A stretch of 64,000 nucleotides of DNA from Squalus acanthias (lineage: Eukaryota). The position numbers and the translations under genes are program-made. The notes below the pieces were generated by a model. That model saw only the letters and a program-made list of their open reading frames with translations, was not told the DNA's origin and searched no databases. The stretch is from assembly GCA_030390025.1 (NCBI GenBank), contig CM059440.1, positions 15,872,001 through 15,936,000 of the forward strand. The letters run 5' to 3'. Below are positions 12,014 to 23,415 of this stretch, in pieces; within the stretch, counting starts at the first letter, position 1; each line of letters begins with the position of its first letter.

Positions 12014-13749
12014 CAATTGCGTCTTTACTGTACAGTATGGATCTTAACTCTATTGAAACAAAATTACACATTTCTAAAGATTACTTAGAGAAACAGATGA
12101 TGTGCTATGGGGAAGTCCAGATTTTACGGTTGCATTCAGTTTATTGTTCACTGTGGAGTTGGTGACCTTTCTTTTTCTCTGCTAGTTGTCTGGACTAGTT
12201 TCCCAATAAAAATGGTCCCGGGTGGGATCTTGATTTCATTGCAATAGTGTAGTACAGGATACAAATTCTGTGATTGGTGGGCTTCATATATAAGCTTAAT
12301 GCACTCAACAGCATTCCTTTGTATGGTTTTTTTTATGCACGTGTTAACCTGTTTATTTTAAATCAGTTAATATCTGTTTAAAAAATCACATATAGGAATG
12401 TGGTGCAAGCAAATTCAACGTTTGTCTGTGAAGCCTGCTGATCGGAATTTCTACCCTGACAAGTCAAGTACTTCAGATAATGCATCCCAACAGGGCTAAT
12501 TCTTACTGGGAAATCTGTTCTTAATCATGTTGCCAGACTGGCATATACAGGGGGGAAATGTCACCATTCATAATGAAAAAATACAATATTACAAGCTGAA
12601 TTTGTCTATGGCCTAGCTGTACATTAGGCAGAAGATTCTCTTTTGGGTATATAATAATAGTGCGCCCCGAATATAATTCATTGTGTTTAGAAATGTTTCA
12701 GTGTGATGGGGCACTATATAAAATGCAAGTAACATATTAAAAGTTTTAAAACTACTGTTTTGTTCCTCTTTGTTATTGGAGGATTATTGGCTGATTTCAA
12801 GATGACCGCCTGCAATAAACAATATTACGAATGTGAGACACAGCGGTGCCGAAAATCCTTGGACGTAGCATCCCAGCATAAATGGATAGGATGCGCCCGC
12901 TTGGGGCCTCTAATGCTGACCCTGCCACAGTGTACAGGGTCAGGGAGAAGTCGTTTAATTTATATATAGCCGGCGGGCATTCGTCCCACTACGGACTATC
13001 TCGGGCGTCTGCCTGCTGAGCGGGGTCACTTCCTGCAGCATAGTGTTGCCAGTTCCAGGGTGTCTACGCTTCCAATCCATCGCCCCCCCAACCCCCACAG
13101 CTCAGAGAATGTAAAACTGCTCCCCTGGATCCCTTTGTAAGAGGGCTACAAGCAGATGTGTCTCAGAAGCACCGTGGATTTTTAGCAACCTGATTGGGGA
13201 ATAATTTCTGTTTTACTGGTAAAGTTGCAATGTTACAAGTCAGAGCATTACCAAGAGCGAGAGAGGGACAAAATCTGCCTCTTTCAAAATATTCATTACA
13301 CAAAGTGCAGGTGGTCTTAACACTACAATATCGTGTTTAGACAGTCCTATGTTTTTAAATATTGTACTACGGAAAAAGATTGGTCCAGCTAGTATTCTAA
13401 TAATTTTTTCTGCTTTTCTTTCATGTACCATCAAATTTACCTGCTTTGCATACTTTCAGGTAAGCCTTTTCCATTCTTTTATTAGAGCAGAAAACATTAA
13501 CCCAACAAAAGCTGGTATCCACAAGTGTCAGCAAGCAGAAGGAAAGCCATACCACACATTATTACTGTAGTAACCTTTGTAAACAGCTTCTGTACTTGCA
13601 CACACTCCCTGTGTAATAAGGAGTAGCATGAAAACATTTAAAAATGGGAAACTCTGTTTTTCTTTTTATTAAGGCCAAGATGTGTTTCCTTTCATGTGAA
13701 CTCTTTTAAGCAGTCCAGAGAAATAGCAACATTGAATTATTTTCCTGAG

Positions 13750-14140
13750 AAGGCAAAGTGGAGACTTAATGAAGGTTTTTGTAAAAAAAAAAATAGGAAG
13801 AGTTTTGATAGAGTAAATAGAGAAAGACTATTTCCTCTGTTTGGGGAATCAGTGACAAGGGATTATCAATTTAAAATTATTGCTAAGAGTGAGGAGAGAG
13901 GTTAAGAAAAGTTTCTTTACACAGATGGCTGTTGGAGCATGGAATGCTTTGCTGCAGGGAGTGGTTGAGGCAGAGACCATGCATTTTTTAAGAGAAATTT
14001 GGATAAATATTTGAAGCAGAGGAAGATACAGAGCTATGGGGAGAGAGCAGGGCATTGGCATTAGTTTTGGAATGTTTCACTAAGAAAACTTCACAGACAC
14101 GATGGGACACATGACCTCCTTCTGTGCTGCAAGCTTCTTT
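13750..14140 (+). mobile_element. CR1 3' fragment
   Basis: FDRVNRERLFPL..TR remnant and tail ccttctgtgctg. Confidence 0.85.
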
Positions 14141-15490
14141 AGTTCTGCTACTGAGGATCAATTTATGAAAGAGATCGTTTTGTAATGGGCTGGAAAATTT
14201 CTTAAAACAAAATATAATCAAATTAATGGACTGTACTTATTTTATTTAAGAAAAAATGTTTTAAAGACATTGAATCAGTGCAGATGAAAGAGAGTTTGGA
14301 AAACAGCTGTCTGTAATTAAAGGGTTACATTGCTCAATAGAATCAAAGCAACTTGGGAATTTGGAATTGCTCTATACATACATGTTACCTGTAAGCATGT
14401 GTACTGTATTGTACATTAACCCAGCTGAGTTTAATTGAGGGTCCCCTAGTCCTACTCCAGAAGTCTACAGTGCAAAAAGTAAATATCTGGGAGCACTCGG
14501 ATTTTATGTCTATAGATTTATATGTGCGTGCTCCTCATTTGCTACCAGCTGCTGCTTAACCTAGCCAGATTAACAAATGCTAACATTTGGCTGTCTGTCT
14601 GTTAGTTTTAAATTGAAACAAAATTGCCCAGTTGCACAATTCTGGCTTGCTGCACCGGTAGTTGGTTTAGAATGAAACTAGTGTTTAGTGCCTGATGTAT
14701 AATTGAGCAAATTATCATTCATTTAATAAAAAAAACATACACCATTTTAAAAGAAAGATGCAGGCTTTATACAGTGTAACCGCAACATCCTGTTTTACAG
14801 TAAGCGCACTTTTAGTTTAGTGACATTTCCTTTAATTATGGATGAGAATGTTTGTATGTCTCATATTGATCTGTTTTGATGAATAGCTGGTGGCAGAGGT
14901 CCAACGCGCCCCCCCCTTCCCTCCCTCCCCCCAGCGCTGAGCGAGTCATGCCATTGGAATGTCTGGTGCATGAAGGCAAAGAAAGCTTGTCTGGGAAAGT
15001 ACTGTAATTTCTCTGGGGCATTAGAAAAGTTCTTTACAGCTTCGAACTGTCCATTAAAATTCATGGGTATGGGCTTACTGGTTTGTCTTGGATTTTAAGT
15101 GTGCAGATTTATATGTATGTGTAGGCCAATGGAGGTTACCAGATGGAGGAATAAAGTTCAGCCTGTTTACTTTTGCAAATACCATGTGCAGCTGGGAAGT
15201 TGCAGTGCTGTAACTCCCAGATGAATTGTGCTGTACTGTACCAATATGGACACTGTGCAGAAACGTCTTTCTCTGTCTAATTTTAAGTTAGTCTCCTTAA
15301 GGGAACCACTGAATTTGGTGCATTCTCCAGTCAGCAGCTGCAATTGACACGTACGCACATTTATAATTTTTTTGTAAAGCTGTTTCACTTTTTTAGTGGG
15401 GCACAGATGGCGGGGGGGGGGAGTTGTAATGTTGTTGTTTTTTCTTATACCTCTCCATTCTCAAATTGTTCCCACCCTCTGCATCCACAC

Positions 15491-15614
15491 TAGAATTACA
15501 CAGAATTTATAGCACCGAAACAGGCCATTTGGCCCAACTGGTCCATGCCGGTGTTTATGCTCCACACGAGCCTTCTCCCAGCATACTTCATCTCACCTTA
15601 TCAGCACAACCTTC
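15491..15614 (-). mobile_element. CR1 3' tail fragment
   Basis: Homologous to 16137-16303 and 54535-54680. Confidence 0.75.
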
Positions 15615-16136
15615 TAAACTAGTCTCTGTTCGGAGTACAAATGATCTAGCCATCAATGATATACTTTAGTTGACCCATGAGGATAAAAGCTTGAGCAGTG
15701 CCAGAAGAGAGTCCCCCTACACCCCTCACCTCCCCCATTGAATGCCTAACCAACTTTGCCAAAACTCGCTCTCTGGAGAAGAGGCGAGTTGTACTTTTTT
15801 TATATGTAAGTTTACGATTCTTTGCTCAGAGTCTCTTTTAAAATTTAAATATTCTTTTCGGCCTGCTGCAGCAATACAGAAAGCAAAACGGACGAATCAA
15901 AAGTAGTCATTTGTGAACAACAAATTCTCAATATTTTTTGCCTGAAAAGGCACCCTCTTCTCCTATTTCTCCCTTCCTATCTTCCAGCTGTACATGGTAC
16001 ATACAGTGCAGCACTGGCAATCAGTTTGGAGTATGTAACGGCTGGCATTTGAACCTAGGCCTGTGATCAATTATCCCCATTGTTGTCTCTGCAATATCTG
16101 TTGCGGAAACTTTGGAAGATTTAACTGAAGCCATTT

Positions 16137-16303
16137 TACATAGAAATTACAGTACAGAAACAGGCCATTCGGCCAAATTGGTCTATGCTGGTGTTTACGC
16201 TCCACACGAGCCTTCTCCCAGCATACTTCATCTCACCTTATCAGTATTACCTTCTATTCATTTCTCCTTCATGTACTTATCTAGCTTCCCCTTAAATGCA
16301 TCT
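16137..16303 (-). mobile_element. CR1 3' tail fragment
   Basis: atgtacttatctagcttccccttaaatgcatct is also present at 54646-54678. Confidence 0.8.
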
Positions 16304-16651
16304 GTGATCTTGATGGTACAAATCTTGTTTCTTCCTAAAAACTTAATCAAAAAGTCCTTTACAATAGAGTCTTCTTTAGGCTTGAGTGCCCTGTTCTACC
16401 ACAGCTCACACCGACCTAGAACTCACATTGGTCATATGTACAAACAGATGAAGAGTGATAACCAGAAAGGATGATCAGCATGCTAGTTAAATGGCTGCTC
16501 CTAATAAACCACTGGATTTTGGTAAAGTACCAGGTCTATGTGACATTGTCTGTTTCTTATCTTAGCTGTGCCACAAAGCCAAAAGTATTAAAAATACATA
16601 TCTTCATTATTCAGAGGGCAAACTGAAGTGCCAGCTCTATAACTCGAGCAG

Positions 16652-18087
16652 GTATATATCAATGATTTGGACATGAATGTAGGAAGTATGATTAAGAAGT
16701 TTGCAGATGATACAAAAATTGGCCGTGTGGTTGATAATGAAGAAGAAAGCTGTAGACTGCAGGAAGATATCAATGGACTGGTCTGGTGGGCAGAACAGTG
16801 GCAAATGGAATTCAATCCAGAGAAGTGTGAGGTAATGCTTTTGGGGAGTGCTAACAAGGCAAGGGGATACACAATAAATGGTAGGACACTCAGAAGTGCC
16901 GAGGATCAGAGGGACCTTGGAGTGCATGTCCACAGATCCCTGAAGGTAGCAGGACAGGTAGATAAAGTGGTTAAGAAGGCATACGGGATACTTGCCTTTA
17001 TTAGCCAAAAGAAAGAAAGACTTGCATTTATATAGCGCCTTTCACGACCACCGGACGTCTCAAAGCACTTTACAGCCAATAAAGTACTTTTGAAATGGAG
17101 TCACTGTTGTAATGTGGGAAACGCGGCAGCTAAATTTGCGCACAGCAAGGTCCCACAAACAGTAATGTGATAATCACCAGATGATCTGTTTTTGTTCTGT
17201 TGGTTGAGGGATAAATATTGGCCAGGACACCAGGGATAACGCCCCTACTCTTCTTCAAAATAGTGCCATGGGATCTTTTACGTCCACCTGACGGGATCTC
17301 GGTTTAACGTCTCATCCGAAAGACGGCACCTCTGACAGTGCAGCGCTCCCTCAGCACTGCACTGGAGTGTCAGCCTAGCTTTATGTGCTCAAGTCCTTGG
17401 AGTGGGACTTGAACCCATAACCTTCTGACTCAGAGGCGAGTGTACTACCAACTGAGCCACAGCTGACACTGAGGCATAGAATATAAGAGCAGGGAGGTTA
17501 TGCTTGAACTGTATAAAACACTAGTTAGGCCGCAGCTAGAATACTACGTGCAGTTCTGGTCACCACATTAGAGGAAGGATGTGATTGCACCATAGAGGGT
17601 GCAGAGGAGATTTACAAGGATGTTGCCTGGGCTGGGGAATTTTAGCTATGAGGAAAGATTGGATAGGCTGGGGTTGTTTTCTTTGGAACAGAGGAGGCTG
17701 AGGGGAGACCTAATTGAGGTGTATAAAATTATGAGGGGCCTAGATAGAGTGGATAGGAAGGACCTATTTCCCTTAGCAAAAGTGTCAATAATCAGGGGAC
17801 ATAGATTTAAAGTAATTGGTAGGAGGTTTAGAGGGGATTTGAGGAGCAATTATTTCACCCAGAGGGTGGTGGGGGGTCTGGAACTCACTGCCTGAAAGGG
17901 TGGTAGAGGCAGAGACCCTCATCACATTTAAAAAGTACTTGGATATGCACTTGAAGTGCTGGAACCTACAAGGATACGGACCAAGTGCTGGAAAGTGGGA
18001 TTAGGGTGGACAGCTTTTTGTCGGCCGGCACAGACAAGATGGGTCGAATGGCCTCCTTCTGTGCTGTAAATTTCTATGATTCTATGA
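16652..18087 (+). mobile_element. CR1 LINE 3' part, interrupted by a DeuSINE
   Basis: KFADDTKIG..WQMEFNPEKC (16667-17006); resumes at 17471 with QRRFTRMLPG..LEQRRLRGDLIEVYK; ends ttctatgattctatga. Confidence 0.95.
17007..17470 (-). mobile_element. Full-length DeuSINE (SacSINE1-like)
   Basis: Minus strand: gtcagctgtggctcagttggtag (A box), ggttcaagtccc (B box), central domain, tail aggcgctatataaatgcaagtctttctttc. Confidence 0.9.
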
Positions 18088-18128
18088 GGTACCACGAAGT
18101 TTTCAGGGATTGAAAGAGAAAACACAAT

Positions 18129-18679
18129 GGGTTCGAAATTGGACCCCGTTGTGCCGGTTTTACGGGCATAAAATGATCGCAATGCAAGCCAATTGCAGGG
18201 ACGAACGCCCCGCCACCAAAGGACACCTGCAATACATCAGACCCTATATTGGGTCAGGCGCATTTACAGGCATCCTTGGTGGCTGCCTAAAACTGGCGTT
18301 AGGCCCCTTACATAGGTAAGTGAGGGGTCTAATGCCTATTTTAGGCCCCCTCGCCGATTATTCTATGTCCCGGAGCAGGAGCCGGGCCTGCACCGCACAG
18401 GATTCTTACGCGGTCGCTAAGCAACAGGAACCAAGAGTGTTACAAAGTCATTGCTGTCGAGCCAGGAAGAAGAGGAGTGCTCCCTTGACTCCACAGTATA
18501 CCAACCGCCCCCCTCCTGCCAGCGGCCTGAGATTAATTTCTTCAGTTGGGCGAGCTGCCTATGGAGGCACGACAGGCTCCGGCAGCTGGCCTAATTAATA
18601 TTAATGAAATCGGGCCTCGGGCCACCCGGTTCATCGCTACCTTCATGCCTGAAACCGGGCGCCGACAAATTTATAACCC
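18129..18679. mobile_element. PIF/Harbinger-type MITE
   Basis: Terminal inverted repeats (TIRs) gggttcgaaatt / aatttataaccc; 3-bp TSD aat; GC-rich interior. Confidence 0.8.
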
Positions 18680-19579
18680 AATGTGCGTAAATTCTATAAA
18701 GTATTTGGCTGCTGCGAGGTGAGGAAAGGGTCAGTCCACCCTTGTTAATGCGGTTTTGTTGAATGAAATGCACCGTCTGGTTTTGGAGTAACTGACCAGA
18801 CAGTCTCAATAAACAGTCTGCATTTTATGGTTGGATAGCAAAGTTCATTTTTATTTCTAAAGAACTGTCTGGTTAGCAAATATAGTTGCTGCATTGAAAA
18901 CGCATAGCCTTTGAGGAAGTGGTGCAGATGGGAGACCTGATTCTGGAATAAAGGATATTTATGTGACGCATTTACAGACCCTGGTATATTTTTTTAAGCA
19001 TACAGTTCTCTCATCCAGTTCTATACACGTGCATAATGAATAAGTTAATTTTTCTATAAACGGTGTTATTCCACAGAAAGTATTTTCAAGATCTCTCTCC
19101 AACCTTGCTTCCAAATAAGAATGTTTCTGTCAAACTCTTAAAACATATGCAAATGTTTTAAATTATCAGGATCTGTAATTACATGGGATTGCATTTTATC
19201 TGATCACTCTACAAAAAGGAATGCCGTCTTTAGAGATGTCGGGCATTACAAATATTATCAGGTCCTTTTAATATCAGTCAAAGTTTTAATAATTATTAAT
19301 TATTTGCAAAGCCATGCAAAGGAAAGCTTTAAAAAAAACAATGAAACAATGTATGGAGTCACCAAAGACGGGATTTTTACATTAGTTTTACATGTGCATG
19401 ATTTTTCAGTATTACAGCTCCCCAGAAAGGAACATTCTTCGTCTCTTCTAATTATACACACAATCACCGTGACTCCCATCACTTTCTTGGCTCTGAGAAG
19501 GATCTTGCCGAGTGAAATATACTTAAAATTAGCAATAAGAGAAGGCCATTCGGTCCCATTTAGCTCACCTCATTTTGTC

Positions 19580-20048
19580 AAGACTTCTGTCAGGACCCAC
19601 ACTGACTATTTACAGCTCTTTTGTGCTACCCCACTCCCTGCAGAACTGTTTCTCGTCGTCCTCCTCGATCTCTCTGCAACCTTTGACACAATCAATCACA
19701 TGATCCTCCTTCAACACCTCCTCCATTGTCCAACTCTGTGGGACTGCCCTCCCTTGGTTCTGCTCTTACCTATCTAATTATAGCCAAAGCATCTCTAGAA
19801 ATGGCTTCTCCCACCACCACACTATCACCTCCAGAGTCCCCCAAGGATCCATTCTTGGCCTCCTGTTCCTTATCTACATGCTGTCCCTTAGTGACATTAT
19901 CCGCAGCCATCGTGACAGCTTCCACATGTTTGCTGACACTCAGCTCTACCTCTCCACCACCTCTCTTGACCCCCTCCTTTGCCTCTGTGTTGTCAGACTG
20001 TTTGCCTGACAGTCTTGGATGAGCCCTAACTGCCTCCCAGCTAAACAC
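19580..20048 (+). mobile_element. L2-clade LINE reverse transcriptase fragment
   Basis: LVVLLDLSATFDTINHMILLQHL, then gtcccccaaggatccattcttggc (VPQGSILG) in a shifted frame. Confidence 0.85.
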
Positions 20049-21519
20049 TTCGGAAGCAACTCAATGTCTGAAACATAAAATATCTTATGTGACAGTATTA
20101 AACTTGCAGCTCATTATTCAGCACCAAAACAGCAAGTTTGTTGGGCTTTGCTAAAAATATGAATTTATGCTTGCAATGTGTATATAGTGCAGTTTTATAT
20201 ATTAGTTATTTTGTTTATTCCCCTATTTCCCTTTTATTTCCCCTTTGCCAGCCAAGATCAGAAAATGTCAGTTTTCCCCCCAGATCACCTAATTAACTGA
20301 AGGAACAGCTTTAGCCCTTAAACCAGCATTTAAATTTTTTTTTTCGAATAACCTTGGGGATTCCAGCAGTGATTTACCATCAAAGGCTCATTTCTATTCC
20401 TTTTGTATTTATTTAAAATTTTTAAAAATATATTATTATGACACAACTACAGGAAATGGAACAGCGCATCTTTGAAAAATTATCCTTATGCCATGGTCCA
20501 AATCAGATATGCACCCAAATTACACTTCAGGGTTTATTTTCTGAAATCTGTGCCTTCTTATTGTGTATCCTCTATATATACTACATGCTTCCAACAGAAT
20601 GCCTCCAGGAAGGCATTAACCTACTTCTACATTTGCGTTCCTACTTGTCGCATGTATGCTGTTGATCTATTTTCGCACCTGTCTGGCATTCTATGAAAGA
20701 GAAACTTCGAAAAATAACTTCACATTGGTCAGAACTTGCAACCATATATGCAAACAGAGAGGGGAGCTTTCTTGTAAATGCCACAGAGCTAATTTTATGA
20801 ATGTGCACCCCTGGTGTGGAGCCTTGCCCGCTGGAAGCGCAACTCAAGAAATTGATTAATTTTAATGGATAGAAAATCATGTGTAGTTTACCCATAGTTT
20901 CCCGATAATCACCCACACCAGGAGTACATGTTCATCATATCCGCCCTTATAAGCTGATGCAAATATCCACCTTGGTTTTGAAAGGTTATGATTTCCTGGG
21001 CTACAGATTTGTTTCTCTAAATTTGATTACAAATGGTTAAGGAAAAAAAACTGGGGAAAAGATGGTGAAAAACGGGATTCACTGTAGAACAGGCGGACTT
21101 GGAGGTGTTTCTACTACAACCTGTTAATTAGCAGATGATTAACTAAAGTATGACAGGAAAGAAATATGGCCTAGTTTCAAGTATTGCACTTTTAGGAAGG
21201 ATACCCAGCAAAATTGTTTCTACATTGCAGTTTCTATTTCAGGGGTTGTAATTGAAAAATCTATTGGCTATCTTACCATAATTTCTAAGTTGCATTATTA
21301 CTGTAACTAACCTATTGTAAATATTGAATCATGTAGCATTATGCCCTATGTGTAGTATGTTGTAGGTGTACAAAGTCTAGTACTATTATTCTATGTTTCA
21401 CTAAAAGTCTTGCCATACAGAGTAAATTCTCTATAGCTTATCAGCACAACTGAATTTTAACTCTAGTTAAACACCCATTGAATTGTATTTCTCCATGATC
21501 ATTTGAAAAGGTTGGCTTT

Positions 21520-21900
21520 CTTTTGGGGTTGGACCCTGAAGGTGACTCATGGTAGGATACAGTTCCATGTGCCCTGGCAGCCCTTCAGTATTGTGCCTAA
21601 GTGATTATTCTTCATGTGCGAACAGTGTCTGTACATGTAGATGGGCTGTTTGACTCTGGAGGCCATCGTAGCTGCGCAAGATCCAGCCCTCAGCCAACAT
21701 CTGCACATGTGCACTTTAGTGGTTAGCAATCAGGGGCAGTTACCCTGGCTAATGGTTTTCTCTTTCCCAAGCCTGAGGACATTGAGGTCAGTTGTGTCCT
21801 GACTGAGGTGGATTAATTCAGCACAGACCAGAGGAATCAAACCTGGGATCTTCCCAGTACCACACTCTGTGCTGCATCTGCTCACTGAGCTACTGGAGGA
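21520..21900 (-). mobile_element. SINE family B
   Basis: cagttccatg, attcttcatgtg, ttcagcacagacca, aacctggga and cactgagc blocks. Confidence 0.65.
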
Positions 21901-22236
21901 GCCTGCAGTTTTGAGTTGTGTTTCACTTAAGCTATTGTAGGCTGCAAAGTTTGCATTAAGTCAGAATGTGTGTCTTTATTTTATTTTAAATTTAATCCCA
22001 ATAATTTTAATTTGTTTGATCAGAAAAAAATCCAGGAAATTGATCATTCAAAATATACACACCATTACAGTGTATGTGTGTTTGACAGTGATAAAATGCA
22101 CCGAAGGATGTAATGAGGTAAAACTGCTAGACCTCGTGTTAAATTTCAGGCCACTTCAGGTTGGAAATAACTTTTTTAAAGTCTGCTGTGGTTGCCTACA
22201 AAACAACAGAAACAACACTTTCAAAGTAATGAATTA

Positions 22237-22302
22237 GCTGTGAAGTTCTCTGGGATGTCCTGAGTATATGAAAGGTGCTGTATAAAAGCAAACTCTTTCT
22301 TT
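22237..22302 (+). mobile_element. DeuSINE/L2 3' tail fragment
   Basis: gctgtgaag..gggatgtcctgag..tgaaaggtgctgtataaa. Confidence 0.6.
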
Positions 22303-23059
22303 CCGTACCACTAAACTGCAATGCTGAGTGGATGTTTGCACTCTTCACAGAACGTGCAAGGCCATGGTTGCATCATTTAGCCTTGCTATGGTCAGGCACA
22401 TGATTCATTGTGTATGTGTTTCATTCTTTAATCTATGTCTGCTATTGATTCTAAATCAACGGCCTTAAGTCTAAACATGGGCCTTTGCCTTTGTGACCCT
22501 TGCGCTCTGTCAGACTCAACTGTTTGATTGGTGTGAAGAAGGAAAAATGATACTCAGTTCAACAAAATACAAAAAGATGAAGACCAGTAAAGTACTGGGA
22601 AAACATTGTGGAAAACATTTTGGGGTTTGGCGAGTTTAATTCAGAGATATCTTTACAAGCACTGAGGAAAAAAAAATTCTGGCAAAAATTATCAATAAAA
22701 GAAAGGACAAATAGAGTGCTTTGTGTTGCCTGGCCAGCCACTTGCGCCCACATCCAACTGTGAGTTTCATGATTGTTTTTGTTGGGAAGAGGCTGATGGA
22801 CCACTTGCTATGTTGAAATGATTTACAGCATCCAGACATATAGTGATCAGTAAATAAACCTCAGTCACCCACCTTACCCAGCATAAAAGCACACTTACTA
22901 GAAATTTAAAATATTTTAAAACAAGATTAAAATAAATTGTTGAATTTTTGTTAACTAGATAGATAATTAAAAGCTGTCATATTGATCTGCATCCTGCAGT
23001 TGGTATGTGAAAATATATATTAACTTGCAGATTGGTAATTTGTTCCCCTCGTGTCACCC

Positions 23060-23415
23060 TTTCCCTTCTCTCCTGAAGATCTTGCTGCCAATTCCCTTCT
23101 GATACCTTGCCAGTGGGGCAGAAGTCATGTGTGACCATTTACAGTAAATCTTTGCAGCCTGTTCGACCGCGGGATGCATCAAAGCAAAGCCAGATCTTCA
23201 CCTGACTTGTACACATGCATTCTTCCGCCATAGTCACCGAATAATGATCAGGAGCAGGAACCCGAGCTGATTTTCCCCTCCCTAGCCCGGGGCGGTGAGT
23301 CCAATTGTAGTGCCCCTGCTGTTGCCTTGGCCTAGATCAACTAACTCAGGACAAACTCGAACTTTCCAGGTCTCTACGACTCAGCTACTCTGGATAAACT
23401 CACTGAGCCATTAGG
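23060..23415 (-). mobile_element. SINE family B
   Basis: gatcaggagcaggaaccc, ttttcccctccctagccc, ccaattgtagtgcccc and cactgagcca blocks. Confidence 0.7.
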
